Source: a virus (Duplodnaviria; Caudoviricetes). Taken from it: 64,000 nucleotides of DNA. Below are positions 25,900 to 35,631 of the stretch, piece by piece (positions within the stretch are counted from its first letter, which is position 1; every line of letters starts with the position of its first letter). The notes under the pieces were generated by a model. It was given only the letters and a program-made list of their open reading frames with translations, was not told where the DNA came from and ran no database searches. The stretch lies in the IMG/VR virus record IMGVR_UViG_3300028394_000078, positions 1,549 to 65,548 of that record. One strand, 5' to 3'. The position numbers and the translations under genes are program-made.

Positions 25900-26295
25900 A
25901 TGATAGATTTTTTAAAAAAATTATTAGGTATTAACACAGTAGTACATTTTTCAGAACCTAAAGAAGTTCCACCAATACCTATAGTTAAGGAAATAATAAA
26001 AACTCCAAAAGAAATTGCAACTGAAAATAAAGAACCCTGGGTAGCAGTTTTGGATACCCATGTAAACAAAGATAACATTCGTAATGGATTTTTTGAACTT
26101 GACTGGAATGAATATTTTGTGTTACAATTAAGAACAAATGGGTTTCAAGGTGATACAGAAGAATCAGTGGTTGATCAATGGTTTCAGGAACTGTGCAGAA
26201 ACATCGGAAGTGAGTCAGATATTAATATGGATCGACGAGGTAGCGGTTATATTAATGTTAATAATTTAGGTGACGGTAGATCGGAAATTTCTTAA
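25900..26295 (+). CDS. hypothetical protein
   Basis: ORF within operon. Confidence 0.75.
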   Translation: MIDFLKKLLGINTVVHFSEPKEVPPIPIVKEIIKTPKEIATENKEPWVAVLDTHVNKDNIRNGFFELDWNEYFVLQLRTNGFQGDTEESVVDQWFQELCRNIGSESDINMDRRGSGYINVNNLGDGRSEIS

Positions 26296-27287
26296 TGAAC
26301 AAAACATACATTCTTGTAGATACAGCAAACACATTCTTCCGTGCAAGACACGCTACTCGTGGTGATCTAAATGATAAGATCGGAATGAGTCTTGCTACTG
26401 TATTAGGCAGTGTTCGCAAAGCATGGCGTGACTTCAAAGGCGACCATGTTATCTTCTTTTTAGAAGGTCGTAGTTGGAGGAAGGATGTGTATGCTCCATA
26501 CAAACGACAACGTACAGAAGCCCGTGCTGCTCAAAGTCCAAGAGAAGCAGAAGAAGATCGTGTATTTTGGGAAACATTTGATCAGTTTAAAGATTACATC
26601 ACAAATAAAACTAACTGTACTGTATTACAACATCCACAATTAGAAGCAGATGATTTAATTGGCGGTTGGATACAAAGTCATCCTAATGATAATCATATTG
26701 TGGTCTCAACAGATGGAGACTTTGCACAATTGATTGCACCCAATGTTCGTCAATATAATGGTGTAATGCAGATTACAACCACATATGAGGGATACTTTGA
26801 TGAAAAAGGTAAGCCTGTTAAAGATAAGAAAACTAATTTGTCAAAAGGTGCACCAGATCCAGCATGGTTACTCTTTGAGAAGTGTATGCGTGGCGATACA
26901 TCTGACAATATCTTTAGTGCTTATCCAGGGGTACGTGAGAAAGGCACAAAGAATAAAGTTGGTCTTCGTGATGCGTTTGCCGATAGAGAATCCAAAGGCT
27001 ATGCGTGGAACAATCTCATGTTGCAACGTTGGTCTGACCACGAAGGTGTTGAGCATCGTGTATTAGATGATTACGTTCGTAATGTACAACTGTGCGATTT
27101 AACAGCACAACCGGATAATATTAAAGAGTTAATTAAAGAAACAATCAAAACTGCTACAACGGCAGAGAAGAATATTCCACAAGTTGGCGTAAGATTGCTT
27201 AAACTATGCTCTGAATACGATCTTAATAAAATTAGTGAGCAGGTACAAAGTTATGCAGAACCACTTAATGCGAGATATATAGCATGA
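26295..27287 (+). CDS. rnh: 5'-3' exonuclease / T4 RNase H-like (FEN/PIN fold)
   Basis: LVD, EADD, STDGDFAQL and GDTSDNI. Confidence 0.9.
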   Translation: MNKTYILVDTANTFFRARHATRGDLNDKIGMSLATVLGSVRKAWRDFKGDHVIFFLEGRSWRKDVYAPYKRQRTEARAAQSPREAEEDRVFWETFDQFKDYITNKTNCTVLQHPQLEADDLIGGWIQSHPNDNHIVVSTDGDFAQLIAPNVRQYNGVMQITTTYEGYFDEKGKPVKDKKTNLSKGAPDPAWLLFEKCMRGDTSDNIFSAYPGVREKGTKNKVGLRDAFADRESKGYAWNNLMLQRWSDHEGVEHRVLDDYVRNVQLCDLTAQPDNIKELIKETIKTATTAEKNIPQVGVRLLKLCSEYDLNKISEQVQSYAEPLNARYIA

Positions 27288-27751
27288 ATGAAGTAATTTC
27301 AAAAGTATTGATCCCAAATAAAGAATGGATCATCGAAGGAAATGGTAAAAAGATTGGATCTATTTCAAAAAATAAAAAAGGATATATCTTTTTACATAAA
27401 GGTAAAATAATTAATATTAAAAGTTTCAAAGATATAATTGAAAAATTAGATATAATTGATACTAAACGTAAATTTGAAATAGAACCAATTAACCATACTA
27501 TCTATAACTACCCATGTAGTTCAAAACCTTTTGAACCAGTTTATAATGTAAAGAAAAAACTACCATTATATGCAAAGAGTTCTAAAAGCAAAAGCCAATA
27601 TTGTGCAGGGTACTATGTTATTCAATTCCGAAAAGGATGGGTTAAAAGTTTTTGCCCTAAACTAATCACATTAGAACGCTATCCATATCACGGTCCATTT
27701 AAAACAGAACAAGAAATGAAAAATATGTTAAACACAATTAATAAGATATGA
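27284..27751 (+). CDS. hypothetical protein
   Basis: ATGA-coupled ORF. Confidence 0.7.
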   Translation: MNEVISKVLIPNKEWIIEGNGKKIGSISKNKKGYIFLHKGKIINIKSFKDIIEKLDIIDTKRKFEIEPINHTIYNYPCSSKPFEPVYNVKKKLPLYAKSSKSKSQYCAGYYVIQFRKGWVKSFCPKLITLERYPYHGPFKTEQEMKNMLNTINKI

Positions 27752-27969
27752 GTCAATTAAACTTACTTCCTCTTGAAGATTTTTTAGATAAAGCAAGAAT
27801 TGCTAGAAAAAGTAGTCAAAAATCAATAACTTTATCCTCAAAAGAGTATATAGATTTATATGATAGTATTGCATCGGTCATGACTAGATTAAGTAGTATA
27901 TTAGATCAAACTTCTTCTAATAAACAAAACACTATTGTAGAGGTTAAAATGGACGGTGGTAAATTTTAA
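27748..27969 (+). CDS. hypothetical protein
   Basis: ATGA-coupled ORF. Confidence 0.65.
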   Translation: MSQLNLLPLEDFLDKARIARKSSQKSITLSSKEYIDLYDSIASVMTRLSSILDQTSSNKQNTIVEVKMDGGKF

Positions 27970-27977
27970 AAAACCGA

Positions 27978-28012
27978 TAAATATATACGCACTTTTCGGA
28001 GATACGTATATA
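27978..28012 (+). promoter_or_regulatory. late promoter with RBS-sequestering hairpin
   Basis: TAAATA overlapping a TATATACG/CGTATATA stem that encloses GGAG. Confidence 0.6.
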
Positions 28013-28312
28013 ATGTCAAGACCTAAACCAAATATTCTGTTAGAAATAACCAATAAAAAATCTTATAAAACGGATCAAGTTTTAGAGTCTGATGCTGTTT
28101 GGTCAGTGTTTTACCAAGATAAACCAATTAATTTAAAAACTAGTAGTGTAGTTGCACAAGAAGTAGGGCCAAAGTATAAGAAAGTGTCTTTTGCAAATAG
28201 CGGTCATGCTTTTAATTTATCGGAAAAGTTGAACAAAATGTTCAATACTACAGAGTTTTCCGTTTATAAACTAACTTCTGGTGAAAAAATCACCGATGAA
28301 CCAAAAACTTAA
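28013..28312 (+). CDS. hypothetical protein (MSRPKP...)
   Basis: Start moved to 28013 based on SD GGAG. Confidence 0.75.
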   Translation: MSRPKPNILLEITNKKSYKTDQVLESDAVWSVFYQDKPINLKTSSVVAQEVGPKYKKVSFANSGHAFNLSEKLNKMFNTTEFSVYKLTSGEKITDEPKT

Positions 28313-28676
28313 GATCACTCATTATGTTGCAGAACAACTTGGGTTAAGCGTTGACAAAAAATCCATAAGAAATCTGCTACAAGTTTTTTGGCAAAACTTT
28401 AGAATTAAGGAAAAGGGTGGCCTAGGACTTACAGATAAAGGGTTTGAATCTCTTATTGCGTCTGATATAAAGTATCATAAGGTGGATTTTGACGAGCCAA
28501 TTCATGTAAATAACGCTCTTATACTTTGGATAGATCGAAATATTGACTGTCCATTTTACATAACCCATAAATCTATCTATCTTTTTGGGGAAAGAATGGC
28601 TATACAACTAGTATTATTTTCTGGAAATCTGCAAAAAATGCAAAGAGCACATAAGAGGTTTGCTGAAAAACAATAA
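28296..28676 (+). CDS. hypothetical protein
   Basis: ORF; ATG 28296 preferred. Confidence 0.7.
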   Translation: MNQKLKITHYVAEQLGLSVDKKSIRNLLQVFWQNFRIKEKGGLGLTDKGFESLIASDIKYHKVDFDEPIHVNNALILWIDRNIDCPFYITHKSIYLFGERMAIQLVLFSGNLQKMQRAHKRFAEKQ

Positions 28677-28681
28677 AGTAC

Positions 28682-28710
28682 TTGACAATACGACAGAACT
28701 ATCGTATAAT
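28682..28710 (+). promoter_or_regulatory. consensus sigma70 promoter
   Basis: TTGACA-17-TATAAT, perfect consensus. Confidence 0.85.
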
Positions 28711-28772
28711 TAATACATACTGAAGCATAAAGCATACAGTATTTTAATTAACTTTTTCACTGAAAGCATTTT

Positions 28773-29855
28773 ATGGCAGAAAAAATTTCCGCAAATCGTA
28801 CTGTTAGCCCAAAAGAGGCTAAAGCAGCAATCCGCAAGTGTGTTAAGAAACAACGCCCGGTGTTCATGTGGGGTCCTCCAGGAATTGGTAAAAGCGATAT
28901 TATCAAACAACTCGGCGACGAACAAGGTCGTGAGGTTATAGATGTTCGTTTGAGTCTTTGGGAACCTACTGACATTAAAGGTATTCCGTACTACAATAGT
29001 AATTCAAATACTATGACTTGGGCGCCGCCTGCAGAATTGCCTACTGATCCAGAGTCTACTGCTATCCTGTTCTTGGATGAATTGAACTCTGCGGCACCTG
29101 CTACACAGGCAGCGGCATTCCAATTGGTTCTTAATCGTCGAGTTGGTACTTACATTCTGCCAAAAGGTGTGAGCATTGTTGCTGCCGGTAATCGCGAAAC
29201 TGATAAAGGTGTTACTTATCGCATGCCTGCTCCGTTGGCTAACCGTTTCCTGCACTTAGAATTGCGTACAGATTATGAAGATTGGTTAGAATGGGCTGTA
29301 AACAATTTTGAACACGAACAAGTTGTTGGTTATTTGGGTTTTGCCAAACAAGATCTGTACGATTTTGATCCAAAGAGTTCAAGCCGTGCATTCGCTACAC
29401 CACGTAGTTGGCATTTTGTTAGCGAATTGCTTGACGATGATGATGTATCCGATTCTACACTAACTGACCTAATTGCAGGTGCAGTAGGTGAAGGCCTGGC
29501 TGTTAAGTTTATGGCACACCGTCGTGTTGCTAAACAGATGCCTAACCCTAGCGATATCTTGTCGGGCAAAGTTAAGAAGTGCGAAATTAAAGAAATTTCT
29601 GCAATGTATTCTTTGAGCATTAGCCTATGCTATGAATTGAAAGAAGCAGATCGTAAGAAAATTAAAGGCTGGGATGAGATGGCAGATAACTTCTTTTTGT
29701 TCTTGATGGATAATTTCCCAACTGAACTTATTGTTATGGGTGCCAAGGTTGCTTTGACTAATTATGAACTGCCATTTGATGCTAGCAAGTTGAAAAACTT
29801 TGATCGCTTCCATGAAAAGTATGGCAAATACATTATCACAGCAATGGAAGGCTAA
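28773..29855 (+). CDS. MoxR-type AAA+ ATPase
   Basis: GPPGIGKS, LFLDELN, AAGN and LANRF. Confidence 0.9.
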   Translation: MAEKISANRTVSPKEAKAAIRKCVKKQRPVFMWGPPGIGKSDIIKQLGDEQGREVIDVRLSLWEPTDIKGIPYYNSNSNTMTWAPPAELPTDPESTAILFLDELNSAAPATQAAAFQLVLNRRVGTYILPKGVSIVAAGNRETDKGVTYRMPAPLANRFLHLELRTDYEDWLEWAVNNFEHEQVVGYLGFAKQDLYDFDPKSSSRAFATPRSWHFVSELLDDDDVSDSTLTDLIAGAVGEGLAVKFMAHRRVAKQMPNPSDILSGKVKKCEIKEISAMYSLSISLCYELKEADRKKIKGWDEMADNFFLFLMDNFPTELIVMGAKVALTNYELPFDASKLKNFDRFHEKYGKYIITAMEG

Positions 29856-29859
29856 AATT

Positions 29860-29880
29860 GGGTCCTTAGGGGCCCTTTTT
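29860..29880 (+). terminator. intrinsic terminator
   Basis: GGGTCC-TTAG-GGGCCC-TTTTT. Confidence 0.85.
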
Positions 29881-29882
29881 AC

Positions 29883-29911
29883 TTGCTCTTTTGATAAATT
29901 TAATGTATAAT
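29883..29911 (+). promoter_or_regulatory. sigma70-type promoter
   Basis: TTGCTC-17-TATAAT. Confidence 0.65.
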
Positions 29912-29939
29912 ATATACTTAAACACTAAAAGGATATGCT

Positions 29940-31205
29940 ATGTCTAAAGTAATGAAACAAGAACGCACTAAAAAAGATTGGACAGATCGTCAATTTACAG
30001 CGGCAGAAAAGAATAAGATTGTAGAAAAACTTATTACTGCTCGTGTTGGATTGCTACTTCGTCATCCTTTCTTTGGCAATTTGGCTACACGTATGCAATT
30101 GATTGATGCTAGCGAATGGTGTAGCACATTGGCAACAGATGGAAGAAACTTCTATTACAATAATGGTTTTGTACATAAACTAACTCCTAAAGAAGCAGAA
30201 TTTGGATTTGGTCATGAAGTACTACACAATGTATTTGACCACATGGGACGTCGAGAAAATCGTGATCCTCAACTGTCAAACATTGCCGCTGACTATGCCG
30301 CTAATCAAATTCTAAAGGATGAACGCATTGGAATGTTTCCAAGTTTCATGCAATGTTTTCAAGATGACAAATATCGTGGAATAAGTTACGAACAAATTTA
30401 CGACATCCTTTATGAGAAGGCAGAAAAGATTAATCTCGATTCGTTAGGCGAGTTACTGGACGAACATTTAGATGACGGTGACGAGGGCGAGGGCGAGGGC
30501 GGCGACAAAGATGGTAACACCAAAGGCAAGGGCAAGGGTCGTCCTAAATTAACTGCTGAAGAAAAAAAAGCCATTCGTGATGAAATGAAGGAAGCCATTG
30601 TAGCAGCCGCACAAGCCGCCGGTGCTGGTAGGGTGCCGGCAGGTATCCAACGTATGATTACAGACTTTACTGAACCTAAAATGGATTGGCGTCAGATCCT
30701 GCGTATGCAGATCCAAAGCATCTACAAAAGCAATTACAGTTTTACCCGGCCTAATCGTAAAAGCCAACACTGCGGTGCTATATTGCCAGGAATGATGAAT
30801 GAGGATACTATTGATGTTTCAGTAGCAATCGATATGAGCGGAAGTATCTCGGATGTAATGGCTAAAGACTTTATTAGTGAAGTTAAGGGTATTATGGATG
30901 AGTACAAAGACTTCAAATTGGATCTGTGGTGCTTTGATACTGAAGTGTATAACTATGCTAAATTCACCGGCGATAATGCTGACGATATCTTGAATTACGA
31001 AGTTAAAGGTGGTGGCGGTACTGACTTTGATGCCAATTATGAATTTATGAAACGTGAAGATATTAATCCAAAGAAATTTATTATGTTTACAGATGGGTAT
31101 CCTTGCGGGAGTTGGGGTGACGAAGAATATTGCGAAAGTCTATTTGTTATTCACGGTAATGAAACCATAATTGCACCATTCGGCGAGACCGCATATTATA
31201 AATAA
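29940..31205 (+). CDS. HExxH metallopeptidase + VWA domain protein (DUF2201-like MoxR partner)
   Basis: HEVLH; MIDAS DMSGS...GGGTDF...FTDG. Confidence 0.88.
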   Translation: MSKVMKQERTKKDWTDRQFTAAEKNKIVEKLITARVGLLLRHPFFGNLATRMQLIDASEWCSTLATDGRNFYYNNGFVHKLTPKEAEFGFGHEVLHNVFDHMGRRENRDPQLSNIAADYAANQILKDERIGMFPSFMQCFQDDKYRGISYEQIYDILYEKAEKINLDSLGELLDEHLDDGDEGEGEGGDKDGNTKGKGKGRPKLTAEEKKAIRDEMKEAIVAAAQAAGAGRVPAGIQRMITDFTEPKMDWRQILRMQIQSIYKSNYSFTRPNRKSQHCGAILPGMMNEDTIDVSVAIDMSGSISDVMAKDFISEVKGIMDEYKDFKLDLWCFDTEVYNYAKFTGDNADDILNYEVKGGGGTDFDANYEFMKREDINPKKFIMFTDGYPCGSWGDEEYCESLFVIHGNETIIAPFGETAYYK

Positions 31206-31217
31206 AGTAGGTATATA

Positions 31218-31502
31218 ATGTCTCTAAATAGAGGAACAATAAATGCTTTGGGATTATTAGGTTTTAGAAAACTAAAGTTTATTCCAGAGCATTTTACAAA
31301 ACTTTCAATAGAGCATAGATTCAATGTTAAAGACATCGAGCATTGGATTGAATATAACCTAAATGGCAGATATGCCATTGTAGACGGATATAGTTTAGAT
31401 CATAATAGGAAAATCAAAGTTACTACAGATATAGGAATTGAAGATCCAAAGGAACTAACTATGCTAGCAATAGGATGCAAAAATTTACATAAGGAAAATT
31501 AA
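31218..31502 (+). CDS. hypothetical protein
   Basis: ORF preceded by TATAAATA at 31197-31204. Confidence 0.65.
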   Translation: MSLNRGTINALGLLGFRKLKFIPEHFTKLSIEHRFNVKDIEHWIEYNLNGRYAIVDGYSLDHNRKIKVTTDIGIEDPKELTMLAIGCKNLHKEN

Positions 31503-31503
31503 A

Positions 31504-31797
31504 ATGGAAGATCAAGCACAAGTAACAACACCGGGCGGAATTGGTGGAGTGCCGCCTGTAGGAGGAACAGTACCTCAAAATACTCCAGAACTTACAATTA
31601 CTGATTTAGCAAATCTACGAGCAATTGTTGATGCTGCGGTTCGTCGAGGAGCATTTGCTGCCGCAGAGATAACATCTGTTGGTGCAACATTTGATAAACT
31701 TAATGCATTTTTAAATGCAGTGGCACCGCAACCTGCTGTATCTGAACCAGCAACAAATGCCGAAGAAACAACTGCACCAGACGGATCTGGTTTCTAA
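31504..31797 (+). CDS. hypothetical protein
   Basis: ORF with SD AAGGA. Confidence 0.7.
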   Translation: MEDQAQVTTPGGIGGVPPVGGTVPQNTPELTITDLANLRAIVDAAVRRGAFAAAEITSVGATFDKLNAFLNAVAPQPAVSEPATNAEETTAPDGSGF

Positions 31798-31813
31798 ATA
31801 AAAGGAGAGTAGC

Positions 31814-32461
31814 ATGGCTAAATTTACTAAGCATGTAGGAAAGATGAAAAATAACTCGGCCAGGATAGCCATTGTTTACAGAACCCTACCTGGAGATCCT
31901 AATAGTGCATTAGTAGTAGGTACTAGTGGACTTACTGATGCATATCATGACTCATTAATGAGTCTAATTGATAGTGATGCCGGACAACAAGCAAATGAAC
32001 TTGCAGATGTTATGGCAGTACGTCGATTCCCCGACGGAACCGTCATGTTACAATACCTACATGCTAATGGACATCTTAAAAAAGTCCCCACTAGTCTTGT
32101 ACTAGTAACACCCAATGCTCAAACTGCAATTCAACTTAACGAAGTTAATGAACAAATTGCATTAGAAAAAGGTGTTAAGGTAGAAGAACTAGCAGTAACA
32201 GACGGAACTACTCCAACTACTTCAAAGTTTGATGCAGTTAACAAAGAAATTATTGTTCCAGATGTTGTGGTACCAGAAACAAGGAAATCTGCAGTAGTTG
32301 AATCTACTGAGGAAGTTTCTGATCCTGTAATTATTGCTAAACAATATCGTTCTAAGGCTGACAAGTTGGCCAAGGATGCTGCTAATTTCCGTAGAATGGC
32401 AGACGCTATTGATCCACCAAAAGTTAAAGAATCTAAGGCTAAGAAAACTGTAGCGGCTTAA
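31814..32461 (+). CDS. hypothetical protein
   Basis: ORF with SD AGGAG. Confidence 0.75.
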   Translation: MAKFTKHVGKMKNNSARIAIVYRTLPGDPNSALVVGTSGLTDAYHDSLMSLIDSDAGQQANELADVMAVRRFPDGTVMLQYLHANGHLKKVPTSLVLVTPNAQTAIQLNEVNEQIALEKGVKVEELAVTDGTTPTTSKFDAVNKEIIVPDVVVPETRKSAVVESTEEVSDPVIIAKQYRSKADKLAKDAANFRRMADAIDPPKVKESKAKKTVAA

Positions 32462-33339
32462 TGTTAGATTCAGAACACGTCTATCTCGATGCTCTAAGCG
32501 AGATTTTAGAGACAGGTGAACATCGTCCCGATCGTACTGGCGTTGGTACTATTAGCAAGTTTGGACTACAGTTAAAGTTTGATTTACAACAAGGATTTCC
32601 GGCTATTACCACAAAGCGGTTAGCCTGGAAATCTGTTGTTAGTGAACTACTTTGGTTTATTGAAGGTAGTGGCGATGAGAATCGTCTAAAAGAAATATTA
32701 CACGGAAGTCGGACTAGTACAGAAAATACCATCTGGTCTGGTAATGCTAATGCAGACTATTGGAAACCAAAGGCACGTTTTAAAGGTGACTTAGGACGAG
32801 TATATGGAGTACAATGGCGTTCGTGGCGTGCTCCAATGTTTGGATCTAACAGAATGGCTGTTAAACATGTTGATCAATTACAAGTATTGATTAATGGTAT
32901 TAAGAAAGATCCATATGGACGTAGGCATGTTATTAGCGCATGGAATCCGGGTGAACTAGAGTTAATGGCATTACCTCCATGCCACATGATGGCACAGTTT
33001 TATGTTAGCAGTAGTAGAAAGTTAAGTTGCCACATGTATCAGCGTAGTGCGGATATGTTTCTTGGAGTACCATTTAACATTGCAAGTTATGCATTGTTTA
33101 CACATATGATTGCACAAGTATGTAATTTATCAGTTGGTGAACTAATTATTTCGTTCGGTGATGCTCACATTTATAATAATCACCTAGAGCAAGTCAGAGA
33201 ACAATTGAGCAGGGCGCCTTTAAATCTTCCAACACTTGAATTAAATCCAGTTGAAGGTATAACTATGTTTAAGATGGATGATATTAAATTAGTCGACTAC
33301 AACTGTTATGCAACTATTAACGCACCGATGGCTGTTTAG
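32461..33339 (+). CDS. thyA: thymidylate synthase
   Basis: DRTGVGT, ELLWF, LPPCH, YQRSADMFLGVPFN and GDAHIY. Confidence 0.97.
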   Translation: MLDSEHVYLDALSEILETGEHRPDRTGVGTISKFGLQLKFDLQQGFPAITTKRLAWKSVVSELLWFIEGSGDENRLKEILHGSRTSTENTIWSGNANADYWKPKARFKGDLGRVYGVQWRSWRAPMFGSNRMAVKHVDQLQVLINGIKKDPYGRRHVISAWNPGELELMALPPCHMMAQFYVSSSRKLSCHMYQRSADMFLGVPFNIASYALFTHMIAQVCNLSVGELIISFGDAHIYNNHLEQVREQLSRAPLNLPTLELNPVEGITMFKMDDIKLVDYNCYATINAPMAV

Positions 33340-34622
33340 ACTACCAGTACTTCAATAATACCAAGGCCTTCGGAATAACTTTCGAGGGCCTTTGCTATTA
33401 CGGCTCCTACCGGAGCATGAGGTATAGACCATGATTGGGCATGTCCTAGTGTGCTGCTTGTTACTAGTAGATCGCCCTTAGTTATAGGACCTAAAACTTT
33501 ACAAGGAACCCGACCTTTTAAGGCAATATAAGGGTGTGTTTCGTCAGTTCCTGCCTCGGAATTCATCATATAGGCAGGATTTTTAGACACTATGCCCGCT
33601 ACCCTTGTATCAGCAAATGTTGTGGTAACAGTGACTTCTTTTTCACCACCAATTACTACAACTGTTCCAGGTTCATACTCTGCATCTGCTTCATAACGTT
33701 CTGCCAAATCGGCATATAACGCACTAGTAGCAAGTCCTTCAAATCGTGTTGCTCTAACATAATTAGTAGACGGATTATACATAAATCCGTAATCTACATT
33801 TATATTTCCCTGGGTAAGTGACGATGTTGTTACAAATGCAACTGGTTTATACACATTAGATCCGTCTACTGAATAAGTTAATGAACTTGAATATGTAGAT
33901 GAATTTGCCTTTATTGCGTGGGCTGCGGTTCCCCATAATATATTACCAGAAAAATATGTACCATCTATTGTATTAATAATAGCAGATTGCCCTGTAACTG
34001 GGTCTGCTCCAATTAAATTAATACCTCTATATAATTTTAAGGGGGGTGTTTTTTCTTCATATATAGGATATGTAGCATTAGAATTTGGATATACTATATA
34101 TTCTTGATTAGAAACTACTGAAACAACTTCTGATCCAATAATTGCTTTAATGTTAAAAATATTAGTGCCTGGTCGATATAAGTCTTGTTCAAATGACCCT
34201 CTCCATCCTGCTTGGGTGTCTGCACCAGTCGGTGGCCCAATTAATATATATTCAGATCCATTTGAAGCAAACAGTTGGTCTTCTAAAGAATTATACCAAA
34301 GATTACCCTGTGGAGGGGGATTATTTTCATTGAATGGATTTGAGTCACTAGATATTAAATTGGAAATACTTTTCCATTCTTTAGAATCATAAAAATTTAA
34401 TTTTTTATTAGCAGTATCATACCATATCTCACCTTCGAGAGGTTTGCTAGGTGGGGTTGTGTTTGCAAAATTTTCTAATAATTTTATAAAATTTTCATTT
34501 TGAGGTTCACCATAGCCTGCATAATTTCTACCTAAAAATATTAAATCTGTAGATAAATCTATTGTGGCATCTTGTACCGTTGCAACTATTGACCCATTTG
34601 TTTTATTTAAAATATATGCCAT
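33336..34622 (-). CDS. tail fibre/baseplate protein with C-terminal intramolecular chaperone (autocleavage) domain
   Basis: Shared KLLENFA N-domain; ADLAE...GTVV...GRVPCKV.G.I.KGDLLVTS. Confidence 0.75.
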   Translation of the reverse strand: MAYILNKTNGSIVATVQDATIDLSTDLIFLGRNYAGYGEPQNENFIKLLENFANTTPPSKPLEGEIWYDTANKKLNFYDSKEWKSISNLISSDSNPFNENNPPPQGNLWYNSLEDQLFASNGSEYILIGPPTGADTQAGWRGSFEQDLYRPGTNIFNIKAIIGSEVVSVVSNQEYIVYPNSNATYPIYEEKTPPLKLYRGINLIGADPVTGQSAIINTIDGTYFSGNILWGTAAHAIKANSSTYSSSLTYSVDGSNVYKPVAFVTTSSLTQGNINVDYGFMYNPSTNYVRATRFEGLATSALYADLAERYEADAEYEPGTVVVIGGEKEVTVTTTFADTRVAGIVSKNPAYMMNSEAGTDETHPYIALKGRVPCKVLGPITKGDLLVTSSTLGHAQSWSIPHAPVGAVIAKALESYSEGLGIIEVLVV

Positions 34623-34631
34623 TTTTAATCC

Positions 34632-35630
34632 CTATAATACTACAATATTAGTAATTGTATTTGCTGCCGCATTATAATAAAGATCATATGACTTCCATAT
34701 TCTTATTCCCGGATGGATAGGATCATCTATTAAACGGAAACGACGAACTGAAGGAGTAGTATTATAATAGCAAACAACTCTAGCATCAGAACCTATCGGA
34801 TATGCAACTTGATTATAGAGAACATTAGTTGCTGTAGAATATATTAATCTTAAATATTCCCCTATAGCTATGTTGCCGGTGCCTATATTTGAAATTGCAG
34901 TAGCAGTCGTTGCATGATTTGGATCACCATAAGAAGTAATATTAAATGATGCTACCAAAGTATTTACAGGAGGAATTTGTCTAATCTTATTGATATATAA
35001 ATTTTCTCTAATATCTAAATTATTTGATATTGTTACACCTTGAATAATAGTGGATGTTGTTCCACTATTAAGATACTTTGTGCCGTCAGTAGCCTTTAGA
35101 GAAAATGAAGATGTAGTTATTAAACCCATTGAAGAGCCATATGAATATATTATACCTGCTTTTTGAGGAATATTTGTATCATCTTCTCTTATTGTAGTTG
35201 GAGGAGGTTCAATTCCAAATTTTCCAAACAATCCAGAAACTGCTGGGCCCACTAGTTTATATACATATCCATTCCAAATTTTTAATTGACTATTAATTGT
35301 ATCATACCAAAGATCACCCGTACTTGTTGTTAGTGTCTCAGTACCACTTACAGTGGCTCCGTATGTTGGTTTAAATAATGCTCCATCATATACTGTTAAT
35401 CTTTTAAGAGTTGTATTATACCATAATTGACCAGTTTTAGGACTTCTTGGTTCATTACCATTTGGTGCTGCAAAACTTGTTAATAATTTAACTAAATCAT
35501 TGTTGAAATATTGTCCGTAATTATCAACATTTTTTCCTATCAGATCTAAACTAGTTGTACTGCTATCAACTTGACCAACAGGAATATTTACTAAAACAGA
35601 ACCGTTGTTATTGTATATGATGTAGGCCAT
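34632..35630 (-). CDS. tail/baseplate structural protein (paralogue)
   Basis: Same N-domain, GQLWY repeats. Confidence 0.72.
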   Translation of the reverse strand: MAYIIYNNNGSVLVNIPVGQVDSSTTSLDLIGKNVDNYGQYFNNDLVKLLTSFAAPNGNEPRSPKTGQLWYNTTLKRLTVYDGALFKPTYGATVSGTETLTTSTGDLWYDTINSQLKIWNGYVYKLVGPAVSGLFGKFGIEPPPTTIREDDTNIPQKAGIIYSYGSSMGLITTSSFSLKATDGTKYLNSGTTSTIIQGVTISNNLDIRENLYINKIRQIPPVNTLVASFNITSYGDPNHATTATAISNIGTGNIAIGEYLRLIYSTATNVLYNQVAYPIGSDARVVCYYNTTPSVRRFRLIDDPIHPGIRIWKSYDLYYNAAANTITNIVVL

Positions 35631-35631
35631 A

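Noticed and set aside
30478-30540. GC-rich GGCGAG and GGCAAG short repeats
   Set aside because: They encode the low-complexity GE/GK linker normal for this peptidase-VWA family
15729-33339. Introns or inteins in polB or thyA
   Set aside because: Both ORFs are uninterrupted, of normal length, with no homing endonuclease or intein motifs
33336-33339. Convergent overlap of thyA and the fibre gene with no terminator
   Set aside because: Common compaction at strand switches; no evidence of a regulatory role
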